From Dehalococcoidia bacterium (GTDB lineage Bacteria; Chloroflexota; Dehalococcoidia; Lucifugimonadales; UBA1123), in contig OZ220693.1 in the NCBI GenBank assembly GCA_965116415.1, forward strand, positions 556,753 to 620,752: 64,000 nucleotides of DNA, given 5' to 3'. Shown here piece after piece: positions 1 to 9,455 of this stretch (within the stretch, counting starts at the first letter, position 1; each line of letters begins with the position of its first letter). Below the pieces are notes generated by a model. That model ran no database searches. It saw nothing but the letters and a program-made list of their open reading frames with translations, and was not told the origin of the DNA. The position numbers were made by a program, and so were the translations under genes.

Positions 1-924
1 AGGGGCGCCGCCATCATGGGCGCGCTGAGCGCGCTCGACATCGCCCTGTGGGACATTGCCGGCAAGCAGTTCGGCGTGCCAACCTATCAGCTCCTCGGAG
101 GCAAGGTACGCGACAAGGCTCGTGTGTACTACCACGTATTCGGCGACACCAGGGAGACGCTCGTAAAGGGCGTGAAAGACGCCAAGGAGATGGGGTTCAC
201 GGCTGTCGGCCACCTGACACCGTTCCTGGACGAGGATCGAGACGTCCCCTACTTCAAGACCCATGCCAACAAGATCAAGGACGCGATTGACGCCGTCGGT
301 ATGTACAGGGACGCGGTGGGCGACGACGTAGACCTCTGTATAGAAATCCACCGCCGTCTCAGCCCCGCCGAAGCCATCGCGCTGGCCCGAGGAATCGAGC
401 AGTTCTATCCGTTTTTCTACGAAGACCCGATCCTGCCCGACAACTTCGATGCCATGGAGTTGGTCGCGCAGCACATCAACATCCCCATTGCGACTGGCGA
501 ACGTCTGCACACGATCCACGAATTCGAGATGCTGCTCAAGCGCGGAGCCGTGCAGTACGTCCGTCCCGACGTCTGCATGGTCGGCGGCATAACCCACGCC
601 AAGAAAATCGCGGCCTTGGCTGAAGCCCATTACGTTGGTGTCGTGCCCCATAATCCACTAAGCCCTGTCAGCACCGCTGCGTGCCTTCAGATAGCGGCGT
701 GCATTCCCAACTTCGCGCTGCAGGAGCTCCCAACCGGAGAGCATGAGCCGCCTAAGTCCGAGATCGTGAAGTCTGCGGTCATGCAGGAAAACGGCTACCT
801 CATCGTCCCGGACGCGCCAGGCATCGGCATCGAGCTAGCGGAGGACGCAGCTGAAAAGCACCCGTTCACCCCGAGAGTCGTCTCCACACGGCTCCACGAA
901 GATGGCTCGGTGATCGATCAGTAA
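1..924 (+). CDS. Enolase-superfamily acid-sugar dehydratase (galactonate/mannonate dehydratase-like), 5' end cut by window edge
   Basis: The frame is open from base 1. Motifs 'LDIALWDIAGK..YQLLGG', 'IEIHRR', 'FYEDP', 'IATGER', 'VRPD' and 'VVPHNP' are typical of MR/MLE-type dehydratases. Confidence 0.85.
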   Translation, partial: RGAAIMGALSALDIALWDIAGKQFGVPTYQLLGGKVRDKARVYYHVFGDTRETLVKGVKDAKEMGFTAVGHLTPFLDEDRDVPYFKTHANKIKDAIDAVGMYRDAVGDDVDLCIEIHRRLSPAEAIALARGIEQFYPFFYEDPILPDNFDAMELVAQHINIPIATGERLHTIHEFEMLLKRGAVQYVRPDVCMVGGITHAKKIAALAEAHYVGVVPHNPLSPVSTAACLQIAACIPNFALQELPTGEHEPPKSEIVKSAVMQENGYLIVPDAPGIGIELAEDAAEKHPFTPRVVSTRLHEDGSVIDQ

Positions 925-925
925 G

Positions 926-2122
926 ATGGACATCCAGGTACGAGTGATAAAAGAGGACGAGTTCGATTCCTGGTCGCGATCGGAGGCTCGCGGATTCAGC
1001 ACTCACGCTAGTGACGAATACGTTGAGATCGCCCGGTCATTCGCTGAGGTCGACAGGACCTTTGGCGCATTCGACGGCGCCGAGATAGTCGGAACTACTA
1101 CCACAAGGACGTCAGCGGTCACCGCCCCGGGGTACATTGCAGTGCCGGTCGGCTACGTCGACGACGTCTCGGTCCATGCCACGCACCGACGACGGGGCAT
1201 CCTCACTCGCATGATGCGCGCCCAGTTGGACCACATACATGAGAGAGGAGAGCCACTAGCTGGGCTGACATCATCAGAGAGTCTGATCTATGGACGTTTT
1301 GGTTTCGGGGTGGCGACATGGGTCGAACAGTGGAGCATCGACCGCAGGCACACAGCCATGACGCTGTCACCGAGTCCCGCCGGCAAGATGTCTTTCATCG
1401 ACCCTGAAGTTGCGCGCTCAGAATGGCCCAGGCTTCATAAGAGAGTCAGGGAAGGCCGGATCGGCATGGTCCACTACAACACTGCCTACTGGGGAGCAGC
1501 ACTGTGGGACTCCGAATGGCAGCGACAGGGGGCGGGTGAGTTCTTCCATGTCGCTCACCTTCGTGACGGCCATGTGGCCGGACTGTGCACATATCGCGTA
1601 AGGGACCACGAGGTGCTGGTTGTCTTTCTGCTGGGAGAAGATCCCGAGATTGAAGCGAGCCTGTGGCAGTACTGCTTCGGCATCGACCTGATGTCCAAGA
1701 TCCGCGGTTTCAATCGATCCCTTGACGACCCGCTACCGTGGCGTCTGGAAGACGTGCGCAAGTTGCAGCGGGTCACGACCGATCACTTGTGGCTAAGGCT
1801 GATTGACGCCAGCGCCGCCCTCGAAGCCAGACGTTATGACTGTGAAGGTCGAATCACGCTCAATGTCTCGGATGACTTCTGTCCCTGGAACGACGGCGTG
1901 TACACCCTGGAAGCTGGGCGAGAAGGCGCGGTCTGCACGGCCACTGGAAGGACGCCGGATCTGCACCTGGACGTTGCCGACCTCGCTGCCGTCTACCTTG
2001 GCGGCACGTCCTTCTCGGAACTTGCGGGCGCAGGACGTGTCAAGGCTTCCCGCGAGGCTGCTCTTGACGTGGCCGACCGCATGTTTCGCACCAATCGTGT
2101 GCCTTGGACCCTCGAGCTATAG
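926..2122 (+). CDS. Eis-like GNAT N-acetyltransferase (GNAT-GNAT-SCP2-like architecture)
   Basis: 398 aa. 'VSVHATHRRRGILTRMM...ESLIYGRFGFG' and the C-terminal 'LWLRLIDASAALEARRY' block are colinear with mycobacterial Eis as I recall it. The ATG lies 1 nt after the upstream stop. Confidence 0.85.
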   Translation: MDIQVRVIKEDEFDSWSRSEARGFSTHASDEYVEIARSFAEVDRTFGAFDGAEIVGTTTTRTSAVTAPGYIAVPVGYVDDVSVHATHRRRGILTRMMRAQLDHIHERGEPLAGLTSSESLIYGRFGFGVATWVEQWSIDRRHTAMTLSPSPAGKMSFIDPEVARSEWPRLHKRVREGRIGMVHYNTAYWGAALWDSEWQRQGAGEFFHVAHLRDGHVAGLCTYRVRDHEVLVVFLLGEDPEIEASLWQYCFGIDLMSKIRGFNRSLDDPLPWRLEDVRKLQRVTTDHLWLRLIDASAALEARRYDCEGRITLNVSDDFCPWNDGVYTLEAGREGAVCTATGRTPDLHLDVADLAAVYLGGTSFSELAGAGRVKASREAALDVADRMFRTNRVPWTLEL

Positions 2123-2238
2123 CTGCCTACCAGCCCCAAGAATCGCTATGCTAGAATTGTGCGTCTCGTTGCCAGCACGGCTTACATGCTCGTGACTTGG
2201 CGATACCGACAAGACCGACCACTTACAGGAGCACCCAC

Positions 2239-2901
2239 ATGGATGTAGCAACAGTCAAGCTCGACCCCAGGACCGTCACCGGCAAGAAGGTGCGTCAGCT
2301 AAGGCGTCAAGGCGTCATCCCGGTGCACATGTATGGCGCGGACATTCAACCGTCAAACCTTCAGATTGACGGTCGCACCCTGAACAGGCTCCTGCCGCAG
2401 GTCGGTACCAACATCCCGGTCTCAATCGAAGTCGAAGACCTGGACAGCGAGAACATCTGCTTCGTACGAGAGGTACAGCGCCATCCAGTGACCGAAGAAG
2501 TGCTCCACGTTGACTTCCTGCGAGTCGACATCACCAGGACGGTCAGCGCTGAGGTGCCCCTCACTCTCACTGGGACATCTCCCGCGGTGGCAGAGATGGC
2601 TGGGACTCTACTGCAGAACGTCCAGACACTGTCCATCGAGGCACTGCCTATGAACATGCCCGCCGAGATACCCGTCGACATCTCTGTGCTCGTCGACTTC
2701 GATACGACGCTGCAGGTGGGGGACGTCGAAGTGCCCGGGAACGTCACAGTGTTGAATGACCCTGAAGACGCGATCGTACTGGTAGCCCCGCCGCGCCTCG
2801 AGGTCGAGACCTTCGATGACGAGGAACTCGAAGAGGGCGAGGTCGAAGGCGAAGAGGGTGCAGAGGAGTCCGAAGGGGCCTCCTCAGAAGACGAGAGCTA
2901 A
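2239..2901 (+). CDS. rplY: 50S ribosomal protein L25 / general stress protein Ctc form
   Basis: 'TGKKVRQLRRQGVIPVHMYG' is an L25 N-terminus, followed by an acidic C-terminal tail. ATG 2239 is preceded by AGGAG (2226-2230). The track ORF starts at an upstream TTG (2197). Confidence 0.9.
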   Translation: MDVATVKLDPRTVTGKKVRQLRRQGVIPVHMYGADIQPSNLQIDGRTLNRLLPQVGTNIPVSIEVEDLDSENICFVREVQRHPVTEEVLHVDFLRVDITRTVSAEVPLTLTGTSPAVAEMAGTLLQNVQTLSIEALPMNMPAEIPVDISVLVDFDTTLQVGDVEVPGNVTVLNDPEDAIVLVAPPRLEVETFDDEELEEGEVEGEEGAEESEGASSEDES

Positions 2902-2926
2902 ACTCGTACCCACCAAGCGAAGCGGC

Positions 2927-4024
2927 CTAGCTGACCCTGTACTGAGCCAGCGCCTCCTCGTTCAGACTGATACCAAAGCCTGGTCGGTCCGGCGGGCTGA
3001 CGTGCCCATCTTCGACTTCGAGGGTCTCATCGAACATCTGCCCCCACATAGGGTCCGTCGAGTTGCTGTAGTACTCGACCGTTAGCCCGTTCGGGATAGC
3101 GGACACCAGGTGAACGTGAACGTCCTGGTTTCCGTGCGGGGCGATGTGCATGTCGTGCGCCTGCGCGAGTGCGGCAACCTTCATGAACTCCGTGACGCCG
3201 CCCATGATTAGGCCATCGGGCTGAAGTATGTCGCAGCATCGGCCTTCGATGAGCTCTCTGAATCCGTAGCGTGTGTACTCGTTCTCGCCAGTGGCTACCG
3301 GGATTGTCGTTGACTGGCTAACGAGCCTGTGGCCCTCGTAGTCGTCTGGGTTGACCGGCTCCTCGAACCAGAACACGTCATAGGGTTCCATTTTGCGGGC
3401 GATCTCCTGCGCCTGGTAGTGCCTGTAGGCGCAGTTGGCATCGACCATCACCCTGACGTCCGGCCCAACCGCCTCCCGTACTACTCGAACCCTCTCGACG
3501 TCTTCGTTGATCGGCGCGCCGCCGATCTTCATCTTCACAGCCCGAGCGCCCATCTCGATCGCGATGGCCATCTCCTCGGCCAGTTCGCCAAGGCCCTTGC
3601 CCTCCTCGTAGTAGCCTCCAGCGATGTATACCGGCACCTTGTTCGTGTAACCGCCGAGCAACTTATACACCGGCAGTCCGGTGGCCTTGCCCTTCAGGTC
3701 CCACAGTGCGATATCGATGCCACTGATTACACGAGTCGTGATACCTCGCCTGCCGACAAGCTTCGGCTGCCAGAGGTCATCCCATATTCTTTCCGTGTCG
3801 AATGGGTCCTGTCCCACCACAACCTGGGCGAAGTGGTCGAGAATCGCCTTACCGATCTCCTCGGCCCCCTGGACTCCCCCCGCCAGGCCTACACCCGTCA
3901 CGCCCTCATCAGTTTCGACCTTAACGACGTTCAGCCCAGCCGTCGGATACACGTACATCCCGTTTCGGATCGGCTTTGCGCGCTTCCAACGGTAGGTTTC
4001 CATGTTGAGGGACGTGATCTTCAT
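2927..4024 (-). CDS. Mandelate racemase/muconate lactonizing enzyme family protein (enolase superfamily)
   Basis: 'MKITSLNMETYRW', 'GIDIALWDLKGK..YKLLGG', 'VMVDANCAY', 'FEEP' and 'ATGENE' motifs. The internal ATG at 4024 gives the usual MKI N-terminus. The track ORF extends to 4093. Confidence 0.85.
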   Translation of the reverse strand: MKITSLNMETYRWKRAKPIRNGMYVYPTAGLNVVKVETDEGVTGVGLAGGVQGAEEIGKAILDHFAQVVVGQDPFDTERIWDDLWQPKLVGRRGITTRVISGIDIALWDLKGKATGLPVYKLLGGYTNKVPVYIAGGYYEEGKGLGELAEEMAIAIEMGARAVKMKIGGAPINEDVERVRVVREAVGPDVRVMVDANCAYRHYQAQEIARKMEPYDVFWFEEPVNPDDYEGHRLVSQSTTIPVATGENEYTRYGFRELIEGRCCDILQPDGLIMGGVTEFMKVAALAQAHDMHIAPHGNQDVHVHLVSAIPNGLTVEYYSNSTDPMWGQMFDETLEVEDGHVSPPDRPGFGISLNEEALAQYRVS

Positions 4025-4163
4025 TGCGAGTGCTGCTCCCGTTTCACTTCCTGCCAGGTCTGTTCCTGCCCTGTTCCGACGCCGAGTCATCAAACTTCAG
4101 AACCAGGGCGTTCGGGGCGGAGTATAGCATAGCGACTCCAGACAGAACGCGCGGCGAACCCGT

Positions 4164-4192
4164 TTGACACGGTCTGACCGCATACCTATGAT
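4164..4192 (+). promoter_or_regulatory. Candidate sigma70-type promoter TTGACA-N17-TATGAT for the VWA gene
   Basis: TTGACA at 4164-4169, a 17-nt spacer, and TATGAT at 4187-4192, about 50 nt upstream of ATG 4241. Confidence 0.5.
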
Positions 4193-4240
4193 TGCGCCAT
4201 TCTGCCGAGCCAACGGTTCGCTGCATTGGGGGTCCGACCT

Positions 4241-6262
4241 ATGATCGGCTACCGCTACTCCCGCTGGGACGGTTCTCAACATCCCTTCGACTTCGACGAG
4301 GACGACATCCTCGACGCCCTGTCCGAAGACATTATGAATCACGGCGACGTCAACCGTGCCATGCGGAACCTGCTTCGCAGCGGAATGTCAGGCGATCAGG
4401 GCCAGAGAATCACCGGGCTGCGTGAGATGAGGGAAAGACTGAGGCAGATGCAGCAACAGAAGCTCCAGCAGTACAACCTCGAGTCTGCGATGGACGACAT
4501 CAAGGAGCGGCTACAGGACGTTCTCGACACCGAACGAAGTGGTATCGATAGGAGGGTCTCCGAAGCACAGGAAGACTTGGACAACGCCGGCGAGAACAGG
4601 GACGCTCTCCAACCCGCCATGGACCTCCTCGAGTCGCGAGCACAGCAGAACATGGAGAAGCTGGACCAACTGCCGGATAGCCCTGCAGGTCAGATGCGGG
4701 AGTTATCTGAGTACGACTTCATGGACCCGGAGGCACGGCAGAAGTTTGAAGAGCTAATGGACATGCTCCGGCAGCAGATGATGCAGAACTTCTTCCAGGG
4801 CATGAAGGACGCCATCGATGACATGTCGCCGGAAGACATGCAGCGTATGCAGGAGATGATCCAGGCTCTGAACCAGATGCTGCAAGACCGGGCCATGGGT
4901 GAAGATCCCGATTTCGAAGGATTCATGGAGCAATACGGTCAATTTTTCGATCCGGATAGGCCGGCAAGCCTCGACGAGCTGATCGAACGGCTGCAGCAGC
5001 AGATGGCCTCCATGCAGTCCCTGATGGACTCGATGCCCCAGCAGATGCGGGACGAGCTGATGGACATGCTCCAATCTTCGATGGACCAGTCGATGATGGG
5101 CGACCTGTCGGAACTGGCATCACTCATGTATGAGATGTTCCCATTCGATGACATGGCGAACGAGTATCCCTTCATGGGGGATGAGTCAGTCACACTGGAA
5201 CAGGCGATGAGGCTGATGGAACAGCTCCAGGACATGGACAGGCTGGACGATCAGTTCGAGTCGATGACCCGTCAGGGCAACGTCGACGACATCAATCTGG
5301 ACAAAGTTGAAGAGCACCTCGGAGACGAGGCCAGAAGAGAGATGGAGCAGCTTCAACAGCTCGTCAAGCAGCTGGAAGAGGCAGGCTACCTCAGGCGCGA
5401 CGGCGACCGCCTGGAGATCACCGCCCGAGGGATGCGTAAACTGGCCCAGAACGCGCTCAGAGAAGTGTTCTCAGAGATGAACAAGGACAGGATGGGCAGG
5501 CACGAGGTGTTCACAAGGGGCGATGGTGGTGAGTTCACCGGGGAAACCCGGCAATACCAGTTTGGAGACCCGTTCGACATCGACCTGCACAGAACGCTGT
5601 TCAACTCCGTGGTCCGAGGAGGGCCGAATGTTCCCGTGCAACTCTCTGTGGAAGACATGGAGATCCGGCACACGGAGCATTTGACGCAGACGGCAACAGT
5701 CCTGCTGCTGGACCAGAGCAAGTCAATGGGGATGTTCGGGTACTGGGGCCCGGCCAAGAAGGTCGCAATGGCGCTCTACTGGCTCATCCACTCCCAGTTC
5801 CCCAGGGACTACTTCTACCTGGTTGGGTTCTCCGACTACGCCATGGAGTTCAAGGAAGAGGACCTGCCGGAAGTCACATGGAACTACTGGAACTCTGGCA
5901 CCAACATGCAGCATGGACTGATGCTGGCACGCAAGCTGTTATCGCGTCAGAAAGTAGCCAACAAACACGTCATCATGGTGACGGACGGCGAACCCACAAC
6001 GCACCTGGAAGAGGGTCACGCTTACTTCAGCTATCCTCCCAGCTATCGTACGATCGAAGAGACTCTCAAAGAGGTAAAGCGCTGCACACAGGACGGCATC
6101 ACGATCAACACCTTCATGCTCGAAGCCAACTACTACCTGATGGACTTCATCGACCGGCTGACGAAGGTGAACAACGGGCGGGCGTTCTACAGCACTCCCA
6201 ACCAGCTCGGTGAGTACGTCATGGTCGACTACCTGCGGTCCAGGAAGCGCCGGATATCCTGA
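4241..6262 (+). CDS. von Willebrand factor type A (VWA) domain protein with long acidic Met/Gln-rich coiled region
   Basis: The C-terminal VWA fold carries a MIDAS-like motif 'LLLDQSKSM...GTNMQHGL...IMVTDGEPT'. The N-terminus 'MIGYRYSRWDG' is typical of this family. The track start is TTG 4226; ATG 4241 is preferred. Confidence 0.8.
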   Translation: MIGYRYSRWDGSQHPFDFDEDDILDALSEDIMNHGDVNRAMRNLLRSGMSGDQGQRITGLREMRERLRQMQQQKLQQYNLESAMDDIKERLQDVLDTERSGIDRRVSEAQEDLDNAGENRDALQPAMDLLESRAQQNMEKLDQLPDSPAGQMRELSEYDFMDPEARQKFEELMDMLRQQMMQNFFQGMKDAIDDMSPEDMQRMQEMIQALNQMLQDRAMGEDPDFEGFMEQYGQFFDPDRPASLDELIERLQQQMASMQSLMDSMPQQMRDELMDMLQSSMDQSMMGDLSELASLMYEMFPFDDMANEYPFMGDESVTLEQAMRLMEQLQDMDRLDDQFESMTRQGNVDDINLDKVEEHLGDEARREMEQLQQLVKQLEEAGYLRRDGDRLEITARGMRKLAQNALREVFSEMNKDRMGRHEVFTRGDGGEFTGETRQYQFGDPFDIDLHRTLFNSVVRGGPNVPVQLSVEDMEIRHTEHLTQTATVLLLDQSKSMGMFGYWGPAKKVAMALYWLIHSQFPRDYFYLVGFSDYAMEFKEEDLPEVTWNYWNSGTNMQHGLMLARKLLSRQKVANKHVIMVTDGEPTTHLEEGHAYFSYPPSYRTIEETLKEVKRCTQDGITINTFMLEANYYLMDFIDRLTKVNNGRAFYSTPNQLGEYVMVDYLRSRKRRIS

Positions 6263-6278
6263 CTACCTCTGAGAAGGC

Positions 6279-6797
6279 CTAGCCGAATGGCCACCACCAT
6301 CGACGTCGACCACTGCTGGCCTCGCTAGTAGCCTGCTGCACCTGCTGCTGCGTCGGAATGCTGATTGGCTGCCTGCTGAAGAGGCCCATCTGCCCAAGCG
6401 CCCGGTGGAACTGCTCCAACTGAAGAGGCTTCCTGGCGTACCTGCTGGGCGGAATCGAGTACGATTCAAGCAGGCTGGACTCGGCCTCCGTACCCGTGAG
6501 AAGCATCACGGGAATCGAGACCAGATCCTCGTCCTGGTTCATCTCAGCCAGTACCTCAGTGCCGTCCTTCTTGGGAAGTCTGAGGTCGAGAAGGATGAGA
6601 TCAGGCCTGGCGGCGTCTGAATACTCCCCCTCTTTCTTCAGAATGGCCAGGGCAATCTCGCCATCCTCCGCATGGGTAATGTTGGCCCGCTGGTTGGAGC
6701 GCTCGATGGTGTCCTGAGCGAGCCGGAAGTCAGCGGGGTTGTCTTCTACCAGGAGTATCTCGATAGGGCGATCACCAATATCTGTAACCATTGGCAT
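6279..6797 (-). CDS. Stand-alone response regulator receiver (Rcp1/CheY-like)
   Basis: 'ILLVEDNPADFRL...PDLILLDLRLPKKDGTEVL...PVMLLTG' is a receiver domain. There is no output domain, only a ~40 aa tail. Confidence 0.9.
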   Translation of the reverse strand: MPMVTDIGDRPIEILLVEDNPADFRLAQDTIERSNQRANITHAEDGEIALAILKKEGEYSDAARPDLILLDLRLPKKDGTEVLAEMNQDEDLVSIPVMLLTGTEAESSLLESYSIPPSRYARKPLQLEQFHRALGQMGLFSRQPISIPTQQQVQQATSEASSGRRRWWWPFG

Positions 6798-6817
6798 AAC
6801 CTCCTGGGCGCAGAGCC

Positions 6818-8455
6818 CTAACTCGTTACCGGGATGTTGAATCGGAACGTGGAGCCACTCCCTACCTCCGATTCAACCCAGATCCTACCCCCGTGGCGTT
6901 GGGCTATCTTACTACACAGTGCGAGACCTATACCAGTACCGGTATAAGCTGTTCGGGAATGAAGTCGAGCGAACATGCCAAATATCCGTTCCTGGTAGTC
7001 GGGCGCGATTCCAATGCCGTTGTCCTTGACTGAAAACACCCAGTCGGAACCCTGCAGTTCCGCCCAAATCTGAATTCGCGGGTCTGATTCTCCGGTGAAC
7101 TTAAGAGCGTTGCCTATCAAGTTCTGGAACAGCCTTGCAAGTTGGGCCTCATCGCCGTTGACAATGGGTAGCGGCGAGCACTCAACCTTCGCCTTCTGGC
7201 TCCTGATCGCCTCGTTAAGGCTTCCGAGTACCGAGTCCATTATGCGGGTGCAGTTCACGGGCTCCAGTTCCCCACCCTGAGTCCCCACACGCGAATACTC
7301 CAGCAGATCCGTTATCAGACGCTGCATCCTCTCGGCGCCGTCAATTGCGAAGTCCATGAACTCGTGGGCAGTGTCGTCAAGTTGGTCCCCGTAACGCTCC
7401 TTGACCAGACCGACGTACGCCGTGATCGTCCTCAGAGGCTCCTGAAGATCGTGGGATGCAGCATAGGCAAACTGTTCGAGGTCCGAGTTTGATCGAGCCA
7501 GATCGTCCTGCGCTCGGACGATGTCGGCATATAGAAGGGAGTTGGCAATCGCTGGCGTGATTTGGGATGCAATCCGAGAAAGCATCTCCGCGTCCTCGTC
7601 GTCGTACGCGTTATCCAACAGCGAACGAGCATTCAGGATACCAAACAGTTCACCTCTATAGATTAGCGGCGCAAGGACGACCGATGGATACCTGATCAGG
7701 TTCGGAAAGCGCCTTTCCATCTCCGCCGGATCGCCCTGAACTACCATGGCGCTGCGCGACTGTACAGCCTCGTATGTAACCGTTCCCTCCAGCGAAATGA
7801 CCTCTCCTGGATTCCGTCCCTGGATCTGGTCTCCAAGGACGTACGCGTTCGTGAAGGTTTTGTCGTCCAGGTTCACCAAGCTGATTGAGAGTCTGTCAAA
7901 TGGGATTAGGCTGCGGAGCTGCTCACCAAAGCCGGCGTAGACATCATCGATATCGAGGCTTGAGCTGATAATTCTGCCGATCTCTCCAAGTGTCTCGTTC
8001 TGTGTAGCGAGTCTTCGCGCCTCCTCGCCCGCAGCTATCATGGCCGCGTGCGCAGCTTTCATTCGTGTGACATCGGTAGAGTAGATTCGAATGACCAGGT
8101 CTTCTGGTATGTACATGAACTTCTGTTCAAAAGTAGATCCCTGTACGTTCAATTCCCGGGACTGTACGCCGGTACCCTCGTTTATCAAGCGGGCTCGAAT
8201 CGGCCCCATCTGACTGGCCAGAGGATGGGAAGTTCTGGGCGCGTTGGGATCAAGCAACTCTTCGGCTGCCGGGTTCATATAGGTGACGTTGCCGTCGAGA
8301 TCGGTCTCTACAACCGGATTGGGATTATGAAGAGGAAATGACGACATCCTCTCCGACAGCGACTCGGCAGCGGCCATGGTCTGCTCCTCAGACCTGCGAC
8401 CCGCTCCCGCTAGTCGGCGTACGATGCCGGCCAGATGATTTTCTCGACTGTTCAT
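6818..8455 (-). CDS. Sensor histidine kinase (PAS-GAF-HisKA-HATPase_c), cytoplasmic
   Basis: H-box 'ASHDLQEPLR', N-box 'LFQNLIGNALKF', and G-boxes 'DNGIGI' and 'GTGIGLALC'. No TM segment is seen. The gene lies 20 nt upstream of the receiver gene. Confidence 0.9.
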   Translation of the reverse strand: MNSRENHLAGIVRRLAGAGRRSEEQTMAAAESLSERMSSFPLHNPNPVVETDLDGNVTYMNPAAEELLDPNAPRTSHPLASQMGPIRARLINEGTGVQSRELNVQGSTFEQKFMYIPEDLVIRIYSTDVTRMKAAHAAMIAAGEEARRLATQNETLGEIGRIISSSLDIDDVYAGFGEQLRSLIPFDRLSISLVNLDDKTFTNAYVLGDQIQGRNPGEVISLEGTVTYEAVQSRSAMVVQGDPAEMERRFPNLIRYPSVVLAPLIYRGELFGILNARSLLDNAYDDEDAEMLSRIASQITPAIANSLLYADIVRAQDDLARSNSDLEQFAYAASHDLQEPLRTITAYVGLVKERYGDQLDDTAHEFMDFAIDGAERMQRLITDLLEYSRVGTQGGELEPVNCTRIMDSVLGSLNEAIRSQKAKVECSPLPIVNGDEAQLARLFQNLIGNALKFTGESDPRIQIWAELQGSDWVFSVKDNGIGIAPDYQERIFGMFARLHSRTAYTGTGIGLALCSKIAQRHGGRIWVESEVGSGSTFRFNIPVTS

Positions 8456-8507
8456 TTCGGCTCCTGTTTATGGACCGCGAATCGCACAGGCGACGCCTCG
8501 ACCTCAG

Positions 8508-9455
8508 TTACGTACCGAACTTGGCTCCCGGTTTCAGACCGGCCTCTTCCGTCCACTCGGGCGACATGACCTTTCGGCCCCCCGCCGGCTGGACCCTCCC
8601 AACAAGTATGGCGCCTCCATTGGCGGCCACAGTGAAGCCCTCTTCTGAGACCGCCGTCACCTCACCGGCCTGACTGCCCGTATCTCCAACAATCTTGCTG
8701 GCCCTGAAGAATCCCACTGAGGAGCCGTTCAAGGTTGTATTTGCCCCTGGGCTGGGATCGCCTCCTCTGACCAGGTTGTACACTTCATCAACCGTCTGGT
8801 TTTCCCAGTCGATCACCACATCCTCTGCCCTGCACCACCCCTCGTAGGTAGCATCGTCGTGGTTCTGGTCTATTCTGGGCGCGTTGCCTTCACGGACCAT
8901 CTGGACCGATTCGACCATCGCGTCCACACCCATCTGGTACAGCTTGCCGAAGTAAAGCGAGCCGAGCGTGTCGTCAGGCGTGATCTCCACTTCCTTCTGC
9001 AACAGTATTGGCCCTGTGTCCAGTCCCTTGTCAGGCCAGAAGATGGAGAGCCCAGTGACTGTTTCACCCCAGATGATCGGCCAGTTCATGGAGCTGGGTC
9101 CACGGTGCTTCGGTAGAAGCGATGGGTGGTACTGGATAGTCCCGTGAGTCGGCGTTTCCAGTATCTCGTCGGGAACGATGTCGGTTACAAACGCCATCAC
9201 ACAGAGGTCAGCCTTCAGCTCCAGGAAAGCATCGATTGCGACTTTGCGCCGCATCCTCCGAAACTGATGCACAGGTATGTCCCGTTCGACAGCTTCCTGT
9301 TTGATTGGGTCGAACGGCCGACCCTCCCGGTCGGGCGGACAGAACACTCCGACAATGTTCTCACCACTATCAGCCAATGCCGCCAGAACGTCTTTGCCAA
9401 ATGCAGCCTGACCTATCACGGCGACTCGCATGTCGTCAGCCATTTTTGAAACCAT
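8508..9455 (-). CDS. Formyltransferase-family protein resembling the N-terminal hydrolase domain of 10-formyl-THF dehydrogenase / Fmt
   Basis: 'YHPSLLPKHRGPSSMNWPIIWGE..GLSIFWPDKGLDTGPILLQ' is the formyl-transferase core, followed by an Fmt-C-like tail. An alternative start is ATG 9431 (MRVAVIG). Confidence 0.8.
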   Translation of the reverse strand: MVSKMADDMRVAVIGQAAFGKDVLAALADSGENIVGVFCPPDREGRPFDPIKQEAVERDIPVHQFRRMRRKVAIDAFLELKADLCVMAFVTDIVPDEILETPTHGTIQYHPSLLPKHRGPSSMNWPIIWGETVTGLSIFWPDKGLDTGPILLQKEVEITPDDTLGSLYFGKLYQMGVDAMVESVQMVREGNAPRIDQNHDDATYEGWCRAEDVVIDWENQTVDEVYNLVRGGDPSPGANTTLNGSSVGFFRASKIVGDTGSQAGEVTAVSEEGFTVAANGGAILVGRVQPAGGRKVMSPEWTEEAGLKPGAKFGT

